Assembly: GCA_025774645.1 (NCBI GenBank)
Contig: JALGVN010000006.1
Location: 1 to 41,443 of the forward strand
Length of the DNA: 41,443 nt
DNA from: a bacterium
GTDB lineage: Bacteria; Joyebacterota; Joyebacteria; Joyebacterales; Joyebacteraceae
Direction: 5' to 3'
The notes beneath the pieces were generated by a model. That model did no database searches. It was given only the letters and a program-made list of their open reading frames with translations, and had not been told where the DNA came from. The position numbers were made by a program, and so were the translations under genes. Shown one piece after another: positions 1 through 7,694 of the stretch. Position 1 is the first letter of the stretch. Each line of letters begins with the position of its first letter.

Positions 1-465
1 AAACCGCTGGTCCCAGTCGAGCGTCAAGGGGTCGCCGGCCGTCGTGTTGGCCGCGACCTCCGGGAAGCTCCGCTCCAGAATCTGGATCCAGTCGTTCCCG
101 TACCCACGCGGCTGGATCCAGCACTCGCTGTACCTGCCGCACCACCACGTGCTGTCACCGAGGTAAGAGAACGTGTCGATCCGGATGGTGTCGTGATGCC
201 AGAAATTCTCCTCCTGGCCCAGGGTCCCGCTCCGGTCGTACGCCGTCCAACCGGCGTTGTCGCCGCCCTCGGTCTCAAAGTCCGCGTCGAAGATCCAGAG
301 GGTATCCAGCCTGGTCCCCCTGAATGCATCTGACGCAGATGCCGCCTGCCAGGGCCTTTCAACTGCGCTCCGGTGGTTCGTGCCGAGATCCCCTGCGAGG
401 GCCCCGCTCACGAATGCCACCAGAACCAGGCCGACAGCCAGCACTGCCAGAGGCTGGTTCTTCAT
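1..465 (-). CDS. secreted hypothetical protein; N-terminal 155 codons only, as the 3' end runs off the window
   Basis: Absent from the ORF track because no stop codon lies in the window. ATG at 465..463 follows a G-rich SD (GGGGGGGGAT). My translation begins MKNQPLAVLAVGLVLVAFVSGALAGDLG..., a signal peptide. A Trp/Cys/Asp-rich mature part follows (...NFWHHDTIRIDTFSYLGDSTWWCGRYSECWIQPRGYGNDW...). The frame is open to position 1. Confidence 0.6.
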   Translation of the reverse strand, partial: MKNQPLAVLAVGLVLVAFVSGALAGDLGTNHRSAVERPWQAASASDAFRGTRLDTLWIFDADFETEGGDNAGWTAYDRSGTLGQEENFWHHDTIRIDTFSYLGDSTWWCGRYSECWIQPRGYGNDWIQILERSFPEVAANTTAGDPLTLDWDQRF

Positions 466-771
466 ACGCTCAATCCCCCCCCAATGTTGTGATCTGCTCA
501 TCGTGCTTCGCATCTATGCTTCGATATCCCCGACCGCTCGCTCCGCGAGTCAAGTCCACCTTCCGGCGCGATGGCCGAGGTGTCGATTCGGGGTCCAGAA
601 ACAACTTCTGAAGCCACTTCTCCTGCTATGACGCAATCCCAGGTGCTAGGAAACTGCTCGATTTGTGCTGCCTGCAGACGAATAAACCCACCCGTCCGCA
701 AGATGGAGCCATCTCGCACAAACATGGGTGGGTCGAAAGCCTACAACACTCTCGCTATTTCCCGACTCAGT
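466..771 (-). ncRNA. candidate long structured 5' leader, or a small RNA, transcribed from the consensus promoter at 804..776
   Basis: G+C is about 51% over 601-780 by hand count, against visibly much higher G+C in the flanking genes. The ORFs here (498..725 minus, 571..846 plus) lack an SD and lack the strong GC3 bias of real genes in this window. Several hairpins are present. No family motif (tmRNA, RNase P, SRP, common riboswitches) was recognised. Confidence 0.3.
681..733 (-). terminator. possible attenuator/terminator hairpin inside the leader
   Basis: Minus-strand RNA: ACCCACCC-AUGUUUGU-GCGAGAUG-GCUC-CAUCUUGC-GGAC-GGGUGGGU followed by UUAUU. The 8-bp outer and 8-bp inner stems are separated by an internal loop, so it is not a canonical compact terminator. 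Confidence 0.3.
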
Positions 772-775
772 AGAC

Positions 776-804
776 ATTATAACAGGAGTCTTGGGCCGTG
801 TCAA
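776..804 (-). promoter_or_regulatory. sigma70-type promoter with exact consensus TTGACA-17 nt-TATAAT
   Basis: Read on the minus strand: gtcgTTGACAcggcccaagactcctgtTATAATgtctactgag. The -35 box is 804..799, the spacer is 17 nt and the -10 box is 781..776. The expected TSS is near 771-768. Confidence 0.55.
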
Positions 805-827
805 CGACCCGAGGCAAAACACAGCAA

Positions 828-869
828 CCGGCGAGGCGTCAGGTAATACCGGCTCCTCGCCCCTTTTTT
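828..869. terminator. intrinsic terminator hairpin with bidirectional appearance
   Basis: GGCGAGG (830-836) pairs with CCTCGCC (855-861), with extra inner pairs around a GGT-AAT-ACC tip. On the plus strand it is followed by CC+TTTTTT (862-869). On the minus strand it is preceded by AAAAAA and followed by GGUUGCUGUGUUUUG. It lies about 230 nt downstream of the stop of the GT-C/TPR gene. Confidence 0.5.
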
Positions 870-1097
870 CCGCCATTCGAAGGCCCGACTGCGGTCGTGC
901 GGGAGCAGACACGGCCGATCGCCTCGCTCCGGGCGCCGGCAGACGCCTGGACAGCGGGCGGGCGGGAGAGTTACTGAGCACACGTCACCGCGGCTCGCCC
1001 CCCGGGAGGAGTGCAGCCCACGTCCTCCGCTGTGAGGACCACAGACGAGAGCGGCCAGGAGACCGGACGGGCTCAAGGGGACCAGGCGGCGCGAGGA

Positions 1098-3536
1098 CTA
1101 CGGTCCAGACGCGTCGAGTTCTCGAACAAGCGACTCGATCGCCTCTATCCGCTCGCCGCCGAGGGCGATGTGGCGGCGGTAGTGATAGGCCGCCAGGTTG
1201 GGGTTTCCTGCGTGGAACTGGTAGGTGAGAGCGAGATTCAGGTGCGCGGGAGCGAAGTCCCGGTTGATGCGAAGCTCCGACTCGTACTCCCGGATCGCCT
1301 CGTCGTGGCGCCCCGCCTCGTTGAGGATGACGCCCATCATGAAGTGGCCGTGGTCGAGCGCCGGGTCCACGCGGAGCGCGCCGGCCATGAGGTCAAGTGC
1401 CTCGTCGAGGAGGGCCATGTCGCGCTTCAGCGTCGCGAGCCGTCTGAGCGGCTCCCCCGACGCGGGGGCCAGTCTCGCCGCCTCCTCGTACTCCGCGACC
1501 GCCTCGACGGGGCGGCCCGCGCGCGTCAGCGAGTCGGCCCTTGCCATCGCTCGGGCAGCGGCCTGAGGCACCTCCGGACGACCGGGGCGCGCGATGAGTC
1601 CGATGTAGAACTCGATCTCCGGCCTCTCCCTCCCGTCGACGTCGTGTCGGGCTGCCTCCTCGAACGCCGCGACCGCCTCCTCCGCCCGCCCCGTTCGGTA
1701 GAAAACGATGCCTCTCTCCTTGAGAGCCATTGCGTTCCCGGGATCCGCCGCGAGGAGCGTGTCGAGCTGTGACATGGCCGCTTCGTAGTCGCCGACTCGT
1801 CCGTGGGCGATGGCGAGGTTCACCCTCGCGGCCGCGTAGCCCGGATCGAGCCGCACCGCGTTCCTGAACATCTCGACGGCCTCCGCGCCTTCGCCGCTGT
1901 CGGCGAGGAGTGCGCCGAGGTTCAGGTAGCTCTTGGGATAAAGCGGGTCGATCGCGACCGATCGCCGGTACTCAGCGATCGCCCGGTCGTTGTCGCCCCG
2001 ATCCCCGTAGATGATCCCGAGTCTGTAGTGCGACTGCGCGAACCCCTTCCCCCGATCCACCCCATAGAAGTTCGTGTTCACGATGAACCCGAGGACCACG
2101 AGCGCCACGGCAGGAACGACGAGGCTCCGCCAGTCGCGTTCCCTGACCCGCCGCACGACCTCGAAGACCGCGTACGCGGCCCCGATGATGAGGACCGGCA
2201 CCGCCGGAAGCCGGTATCGCGAGAGTACGAAGAACGCCACGACCGACAGCACGTAGATCGCGAAGAAGACCGCGAGAAGCAGCGACCGGCGACGCCTGAA
2301 CGCGAGCCCGAGTCCCAGAAGACCGAGCGGCGCGAGAACCGCGAACCCCGGCAGCGGGAACGAGAGGAGTCGGGAATACCTGCTCTGGAAGTAGTAGTTC
2401 TCGAGCTGCGGCAGCTCGTACGAGCTCGTCGCCCACGAGAGCTTCCGCACGAGAAGGCGGACCCAACGGCCCGGGTTCTCGGAGATGAACGCGCGCGCCC
2501 GGCCGTACCAGTACGACGAAACCTCAGACGGACCAAGCTCGCGGCCTGTCGCCGCCTCCGCGATCGTCTTCCCGTCGGGATCGTTCACGATGTCGAGCCC
2601 CGGCGGCAGCGCGTAGCTTCCCGACGAGATCTCGCTGTTTCCGATGTAGAAGTTGAGCCCGCCGTTCGACGTGACGAGCACGAAGTCCTGCGACACGACG
2701 AAGTTCCTGACCGTCACCGGCATGAGGACGACGAGGACGCCGAGGAGGAGAAGCCCCGCGGCCATCGCGCGCGACACGCGGCCGGACGTCAGACGCCCGC
2801 GGCCGCCCGAACGCTGCCCAGGACGACGGCGTTCGTGCCCGCTCTTCCCCGCTGTCTCGCCCTCCCCGCGCGCCCTTCCACCGGGCCTGAGCCAGACCCA
2901 CAGGAGCGCCGCCGGAACGAAGACGAGCACCGCCGCGCGTCCGATGGCGGAGAGCCCGAGCGCGACTCCGGAGAGCGCGTAGAGCGCGGGCTTGTCGGTC
3001 GCGTCGGCACGGATGAGAAGGAAGAGCGCGGCGAGGTTGAGAACGACGAGGAGGGGCGTGAGGATGATCGATCCGTCGTAGAAGATCAGAGCGCCGTAGG
3101 CAGCCGCGACGAGCCCGGCGAGGATGCCGACCTTCCTGTCGAAGACCTCCTTGCCCAGGAAGTACACGAGGACGGCGGACAGCGACCCGAGACCCGCCTG
3201 GATCATCCGGATGAGGAAAAGGTCCCTGCCGAAGAGCCTGTAGATCGCCGCGAGGAAGTACGGGTAGAGGGGCGTCATGAAGAACGCCTCTCGGGACGCG
3301 GTGCCCCCCGCGATCTCTCTCGCCCAGCGGTCGTAGTACTTGGCGTCAAGACCGAGTGTCTGGAAGAACGGCGTGTAGCGGATCTCGAGAACGTAGATCA
3401 CACGGAGGACCAGCGCGCAGACGAAGATGACGACGGGCCAGAACCAGGGCGAGTCCACGAGCGAGCGCGGGGACCACCCGCCCTCGACGGTCTTCGCGTC
3501 CTCGCGCTCCTGTTTCTTTCGGGAACGTGCGCTCAT
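1098..3536 (-). CDS. GT-C fold glycosyltransferase-like membrane domain (family 39 / PMT_2 / ArnT-like) fused to a C-terminal TPR domain
   Basis: 812-aa ORF. Residues ~30-490 contain many hydrophobic helices and an early loop GLDAKYYDRW, as in PMT_2/ArnT-like proteins. Residues ~498-812 (nt ~1101-2045) are TPR-like repeats (AIAEYRRSVAIDPLYPKSYLNLGALL; AVEMFRNAVRLDPGYAAARVNLAIAH; AIREYESELRINRDFAPAHLNLALTY). Confidence 0.8.
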   Translation of the reverse strand: MSARSRKKQEREDAKTVEGGWSPRSLVDSPWFWPVVIFVCALVLRVIYVLEIRYTPFFQTLGLDAKYYDRWAREIAGGTASREAFFMTPLYPYFLAAIYRLFGRDLFLIRMIQAGLGSLSAVLVYFLGKEVFDRKVGILAGLVAAAYGALIFYDGSIILTPLLVVLNLAALFLLIRADATDKPALYALSGVALGLSAIGRAAVLVFVPAALLWVWLRPGGRARGEGETAGKSGHERRRPGQRSGGRGRLTSGRVSRAMAAGLLLLGVLVVLMPVTVRNFVVSQDFVLVTSNGGLNFYIGNSEISSGSYALPPGLDIVNDPDGKTIAEAATGRELGPSEVSSYWYGRARAFISENPGRWVRLLVRKLSWATSSYELPQLENYYFQSRYSRLLSFPLPGFAVLAPLGLLGLGLAFRRRRSLLLAVFFAIYVLSVVAFFVLSRYRLPAVPVLIIGAAYAVFEVVRRVRERDWRSLVVPAVALVVLGFIVNTNFYGVDRGKGFAQSHYRLGIIYGDRGDNDRAIAEYRRSVAIDPLYPKSYLNLGALLADSGEGAEAVEMFRNAVRLDPGYAAARVNLAIAHGRVGDYEAAMSQLDTLLAADPGNAMALKERGIVFYRTGRAEEAVAAFEEAARHDVDGRERPEIEFYIGLIARPGRPEVPQAAARAMARADSLTRAGRPVEAVAEYEEAARLAPASGEPLRRLATLKRDMALLDEALDLMAGALRVDPALDHGHFMMGVILNEAGRHDEAIREYESELRINRDFAPAHLNLALTYQFHAGNPNLAAYHYRRHIALGGERIEAIESLVRELDASGP

Positions 3537-3557
3537 CTCACCGCCGTGGAACGCAAC

Positions 3558-3629
3558 CTACTCGATGTATCCGAGGGACCGGAGCTGCTCCCTGATCTCG
3601 TCGTCGACCGGTGAGGGGATCGGCTCCTC
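3558..3629 (-). repeat. copy 1 of the ~72-nt tail-coding segment (EEPIPSPVDDEIREQLRSLGYIE*)
   Basis: Plus-strand ctactcgatgtatccgagggaccggagctgctccctgatctcgtcgtcgaccgg... is visibly similar to the 3' ends of P3, P4 and P6. Confidence 0.8.
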
Positions 3630-4904
3630 GCCTTCAGGCGCGTCCCCTGATTCGTAGGTGGCTATCTCCGCGACGGGACGAAGTTCGAGAAGCGCCGGCT
3701 CCATGATCTCTGTCAGCACCCTGCCGTCCATGTCGCGCCCGACGGGAAGACCGAGGAGCGCGAGGACGGTCGGTGCGATGTCGAGGACGGTGGCGTCCGC
3801 GACGTCGAAACCCCCGGCGATGCCCGGTCCCATGACGAAGACGACACCTTCCTCCCTGTGCATGTCGAATCCCGTCGCCGCCTCGCCCTCGAAGTCGGCG
3901 CGGCCGGAGTGACCGGCGAACCCGTGGTCCGAGCACACGATGACGGTCGTGCTCTCGTCGGAGAGCTCGACCAGTTCTCCGATGATGGCGTCGGTCTGCT
4001 CGTAGTATCGGTCGATCGCCGGCGCGAACGTCTCGACGGTCTCGGGGCTGAGCTCCCACGGCCACGTCTCGGGCTCCATGTGTCTCCAGAAGGTGTGGCA
4101 CGCGAGGTCGACTCCGCGAAAGTAGACGGCCACGAGATCTGTCGGCGTGGTCCGGGTCAGGTGCTCCGCCAACGCGAGCTTCGTCAGGTCGCTCGCGTGG
4201 ATGCGCGTGATCTCGGCGAGGAGCGACTGAACTTCGGCATCGTCCAGGTGGTCGGTCGTTCCCAGGTAGCCGGCGACGTCGTCGATCGGCACAGAGTCCG
4301 CTGCCACCCTGAACTCGGCCATTTCCCCGAGCAGCTCGGGTGGATAGACGGCGCGCGCCATGCGACCCGCGTGCGTCTGGTTCTCGGTCTCCCTGCGGTC
4401 CCACTCGAGCATGCGGAAGAAGCTCGACGAGACGATGTAGCCGTCGACCTCCTCCGCCGGCCACGTCACAAGCCACCCGATGAACCCAGACGTCCGGCCG
4501 GCCGCGTTGAGGATCTGCCAGAGGGCCTTCGCGCGTCGGAGGTTGGAGCTCACGGGCGTTGCGATCGCGGTGTGGCCCCTGTCAACGAGGAATCCCTCCA
4601 CGCCGTGCTTCTCCTCGGTCTTCCCCGTGGCGATGCTCGTCCAGATGCTCGGCGAGCGGTACGGGGCGATCGAACGGAGGACGCCGGCCGCCCCTTCGCG
4701 CTGGAACCTCGCGAGATTTGGAAGGCGCCCCTCGGCGATCAGACGCTCGACGCGCTCCCAGTCCATGCCGTCGACGCCGATGAGAAGAACACGCGGCTCT
4801 CCGGGAAGCGACCCGGCGGTGTCACCGTCGGACCAGGGCCGGAACCCGACGACCGCGACGGCGATCGCGATGAGCCCGAGCAATACGAGGATGCTCTTCT
4901 TCAC
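3558..4904 (-). CDS. alkaline phosphatase superfamily protein, type I phosphodiesterase/NPP-like (paralog P1), with LRSLGYIE tail
   Basis: 448 aa. GTG start follows a GGGAGGA SD. N-terminal signal peptide/anchor without a lipobox Cys. Motifs: LIGVDGMDW, SPSIWTSIATGK..KHG, GWLVTWPA, RGVDLACHTFW, CSDHGF, DIAPTVLALLGLPVGRDMDGRVL. Ends EEPIPSPVDDEIREQLRSLGYIE. Confidence 0.8.
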   Translation of the reverse strand: MKKSILVLLGLIAIAVAVVGFRPWSDGDTAGSLPGEPRVLLIGVDGMDWERVERLIAEGRLPNLARFQREGAAGVLRSIAPYRSPSIWTSIATGKTEEKHGVEGFLVDRGHTAIATPVSSNLRRAKALWQILNAAGRTSGFIGWLVTWPAEEVDGYIVSSSFFRMLEWDRRETENQTHAGRMARAVYPPELLGEMAEFRVAADSVPIDDVAGYLGTTDHLDDAEVQSLLAEITRIHASDLTKLALAEHLTRTTPTDLVAVYFRGVDLACHTFWRHMEPETWPWELSPETVETFAPAIDRYYEQTDAIIGELVELSDESTTVIVCSDHGFAGHSGRADFEGEAATGFDMHREEGVVFVMGPGIAGGFDVADATVLDIAPTVLALLGLPVGRDMDGRVLTEIMEPALLELRPVAEIATYESGDAPEGEEPIPSPVDDEIREQLRSLGYIE

Positions 4905-4958
4905 GCGTCCTCCCGACGTGCGTTCAGGACGGCGGCGCGGCTGTGGCGCGGCACGCCG

Positions 4959-6191
4959 TCAGTTCTTCAGAACCTCTCGGCGAACGGTCCCGTCGAGCCC
5001 GTCGGGCACGGGAATCCCCGCCGCCGCCATGACCGTGGGGGCGGCGTCGAAGAGCGACACCTCCGCCCGCGCGCCCTCGACGACGCGCGGCCCCCTCAGC
5101 ACCCAGAATCCGCGCTCGCTGTGCATTTCGCGCCCGATCCTGGGCCGGCCTCTCGCGTCGATCTCGAGGCCAGCGTACCCGTGGTCGGCGACGAGGGCGA
5201 CCGTCCCGGTCTCCCCGGCGAGCGCGGCCAGCTCTCCGACGGTGTCGTCGACGTACTCGTAGTATCGGTCGATCACGACGCCTAGTGTCTCGACCAGCTC
5301 CTCGAGCCGTCGGGCGTGGTCGCCCTCCGCCCCGAGAGCCTCGATGGCCTCGGGGGCCATGTAGTGCCAGAAACGCTGACTCACGGCGTCCAGGCCGGGC
5401 AGGAAGACGAGGACATTCTCGATCCCCTGGTCGCCGACCAGGCTCGAGGCGACGCGACTCGCTGACAGGTCACCCGCCACGGCGACCCGCAGCACAACGT
5501 AATTCTCTCCCGCGAGTGCTTCCATCCCGTACTCCGAATCGAGGTCGATGAACCGCGCAAGGTCGAGCCGTTTGATCGTTTGCTCCTCGACCATGAGGGG
5601 ATCGATGACGGCCTGACGGGAGAGCGGGTAGAGAACGGTCCTGGGATCTTCGCCGCGTGTTCGGCCCAGGATGTACGCCGTGTACGGTCCGACCATGACC
5701 CCGTTCACTTCCTCGACGGGCCACGTGCACGGCCACCCCACGACTCCGACCGTCGCGCCGCTTCCTGAGAGAATCGTCCACACGGTCTCCGCCGTTCGGT
5801 TCGTCGATATGAGCTGCGCCCTGACCACCTCTCCCCGGTGCGACACTTTCGTCCCGCCGATGCCCTGGTGCTCGGGGGTCATCCCCGTCACGAGAGACGT
5901 CCAGCCGATCTTCGGGTCGACGTCCTTGCCGAGGCTGTCGAACTCCCCGACGGCGCCCGCGCTCAGGAGCCTCGCTATGTTAGGGAGCCTCCCCTCCCCG
6001 ACCAGCCGCTCGACGATCGACATCTCGAGTCCCTCGACGCCGATGATCACGAGCGACGCCGAGCCGGATTCGGACGTCGCGGTCGTCGGTTCCTCTTCGT
6101 CGGCGAGATACCGCGGCACCAGGACCGCCACGGTCGCAACGAACACGAGGACGACGAGAGCGAGCAAGATTCTGTCTGCCTTCAAGGACAC
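4959..6191 (-). CDS. divergent AlkP-superfamily paralog (P2), probably catalytically degenerate, no C-terminal tail
   Basis: 410 aa with the same fold-level motifs as P1, but IIGVEGLEM replaces G[VI]DGxxW, DPKIGWTSLVTGM replaces SPxIWT[ST]IATGK and GLDAVSQRFW replaces [VL]DxxCHxFW. It retains VADHGY. It ends just after the AAPTVMAAAGIPVPDGLDG block. The start may be TTG at 6185 rather than GTG at 6191. Confidence 0.7.
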   Translation of the reverse strand: MSLKADRILLALVVLVFVATVAVLVPRYLADEEEPTTATSESGSASLVIIGVEGLEMSIVERLVGEGRLPNIARLLSAGAVGEFDSLGKDVDPKIGWTSLVTGMTPEHQGIGGTKVSHRGEVVRAQLISTNRTAETVWTILSGSGATVGVVGWPCTWPVEEVNGVMVGPYTAYILGRTRGEDPRTVLYPLSRQAVIDPLMVEEQTIKRLDLARFIDLDSEYGMEALAGENYVVLRVAVAGDLSASRVASSLVGDQGIENVLVFLPGLDAVSQRFWHYMAPEAIEALGAEGDHARRLEELVETLGVVIDRYYEYVDDTVGELAALAGETGTVALVADHGYAGLEIDARGRPRIGREMHSERGFWVLRGPRVVEGARAEVSLFDAAPTVMAAAGIPVPDGLDGTVRREVLKN

Positions 6192-6215
6192 TCCCCCTGA
6201 TTGCGGGTCCGTCTC

Positions 6216-6287
6216 CTAATCGATGTAGCCCAGCGACCGCAGCTGCTCGCGGACCTCGTCGTCCACGGGCGACTCGATGGGCTCTTC
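6216..6287 (-). repeat. copy 2 of the tail-coding segment (EEPIESPVDDEVREQLRSLGYID*)
   Basis: Plus-strand ctaatcgatgtagcccagcgaccgcagctgctcgcggacctcgtcgtccacggg... Confidence 0.8.
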
Positions 6288-7559
6288 GCCGACTCCCTTG
6301 CGGATGTCAGTCTCGTGTGTCTCCACGAAACGCACAGGGTGCGTCCGGGCGAACTCCTCGGTGAACGCCCCGATCAGGACCTCGCCCTCCATGTCACGAC
6401 CGACGGGCAGCCCCGCCATCGTGAGGATCGTAGGCGCGATGTCGTGAACGCGGGCGCCTTCGATCTTGCGCCCTCGGACGATCCCGGGTCCGTTCACGAT
6501 GAGGACACCGTCGGGGCCGTGTTGCTCGATCCCCATGCGGACCCTGCCCGCCCCCCACGGGCCTGGCCCCGCGAACCCGTGATCGGAGACCACGATCACG
6601 GTTGTGTCCACCGGGAACGGCGCGAGGATCCTCCCGATCATCTCGTCGGTGTACCGGTAGTACTCGTCGACCGTTCCCGAGAAGGCTTCGGCCTGCTTCT
6701 CCATGGTGATGGAGAGCGCGTGCTCCGGATCGACCGGGGGCCGCGCTTCGGGATCCCTGTGAATCCAGAACCCGTGGCAGGTCTCGTCGAGGCCTCTCAT
6801 GTAGACGCACACGAGATCGAGCCCTTCTTCGGCGATGAGCTCGAGCGCGACGCCAACGGCTGCCTCGTCGCTCCCGACGGCCTCGATCAGGACGTCCTTG
6901 CCTCGGCCTGCGAGGGCGTCGATCCCGAGTTCGCTCTCGAGATTCACGAACCTGACGAGGTCGTCGTCGCTCACGTCGACGAGCGTCGCGACGAGCGGGG
7001 CGATGCGCGGCCCCATCTCCGCCGGGTACGTGACGCCCTTCTCAGCATCGCTGCCGCCGAAGCTCGCCATCCTGTGGACGTACTGCGAGACCATGAACCC
7101 GTTGACCTCCCAGGGAGGCCACGTCACGAGCCAGCCGACGACCCCCACCCGGAGTCCCTGCCGCCCGAGGATGTCCCAGAACGCGCTCGCCGTCCACATG
7201 TTGCTCGAGTATGGCTCGTTGTGGAAGTCGGCCGCCCCGCCACCCCCCCGCACGAACCCACGGACTCCGTGCGCCTCGGGCGATTTGCCGGTTGCGATCG
7301 TCGTCCAGATGACCGGCGACCCCTCGGGGGGTTCGAGCGAGCGCAGCCTCCCCGACGTGCCGCCCCCGATCAGGCGCGCCAGGTTGGGAAGCTCGCCACT
7401 CTCGATCAACGGCTCGATCACGCTCCACTCGGCGCCGTCGATGCCGAGCACGAGGATCGGGCCCTCGATCGTGGATGCGGTCGGAGCCTCCCGGCAGCCG
7501 AAGCAGCAGCCGAGAACGGCGAGCATGAGCACCGATGTCACGCGCACTGCGCACTTCAT
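6216..7559 (-). CDS. AlkP-superfamily NPP-like lipoprotein (paralog P3), with LRSLGYID tail
   Basis: 447 aa. ATG follows a GGAGGGA SD. Lipobox-like LAVLGC. Motifs: LGIDGAEW, SPVIWTTIATGKSPEAHG, GWLVTWPP, RGLDETCHGFW, VSDHGF, DIAPTILTMAGLPVGRDMEGEVL. Ends EEPIESPVDDEVREQLRSLGYID. Confidence 0.8.
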   Translation of the reverse strand: MKCAVRVTSVLMLAVLGCCFGCREAPTASTIEGPILVLGIDGAEWSVIEPLIESGELPNLARLIGGGTSGRLRSLEPPEGSPVIWTTIATGKSPEAHGVRGFVRGGGGAADFHNEPYSSNMWTASAFWDILGRQGLRVGVVGWLVTWPPWEVNGFMVSQYVHRMASFGGSDAEKGVTYPAEMGPRIAPLVATLVDVSDDDLVRFVNLESELGIDALAGRGKDVLIEAVGSDEAAVGVALELIAEEGLDLVCVYMRGLDETCHGFWIHRDPEARPPVDPEHALSITMEKQAEAFSGTVDEYYRYTDEMIGRILAPFPVDTTVIVVSDHGFAGPGPWGAGRVRMGIEQHGPDGVLIVNGPGIVRGRKIEGARVHDIAPTILTMAGLPVGRDMEGEVLIGAFTEEFARTHPVRFVETHETDIRKGVGEEPIESPVDDEVREQLRSLGYID

Positions 7560-7622
7560 GCCGTGTCCCTCCGGCCTGTCGTCGCGGGGTGCCGCCGAAG
7601 CGAGGCGACGTGCCGCCGTCGT

Positions 7623-7694
7623 CTACTCGATGTACCCGAGCGATCTCAGCTGCTCTCGCACCTCGTCGTCCAACGGGGACTCGATCGGCTCCTC
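7623..7694 (-). repeat. copy 3 of the tail-coding segment (EEPIESPLDDEVREQLRSLGYIE*)
   Basis: Plus-strand ctactcgatgtacccgagcgatctcagctgctctcgcacctcgtcgtccaacgg... Confidence 0.8.

Noticed and set aside
498-846. Small ORFs in the low-GC island (498..725 minus, 75 aa; 571..846 plus, 91 aa)
   Set aside because: They have no SD and a GC3 of only about 55%, against the strong GC3 bias of real genes here. The plus ORF stops inside the terminator loop. The region is treated as non-coding.
466-870. Possible tmRNA, RNase P RNA, SRP RNA or 6S RNA in the low-GC island
   Set aside because: By eye I found no GGGG...CCACCA ends or ...LAA tag frame, no GGAAAGUCCGG / ACAGAACCCGGCUUA boxes, no SRP domain IV motif and no convincing long-range 5'/3' closing stem. 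The identity stays open and is kept only as a generic candidate RNA.
1803-3614. 603-aa plus-strand ORF opposite the GT-C/TPR gene
   Set aside because: Antisense shadow ORF. It is Arg/Glu/Asp/Pro-rich with no domain signature or SD, and the minus-strand gene fully explains the region.
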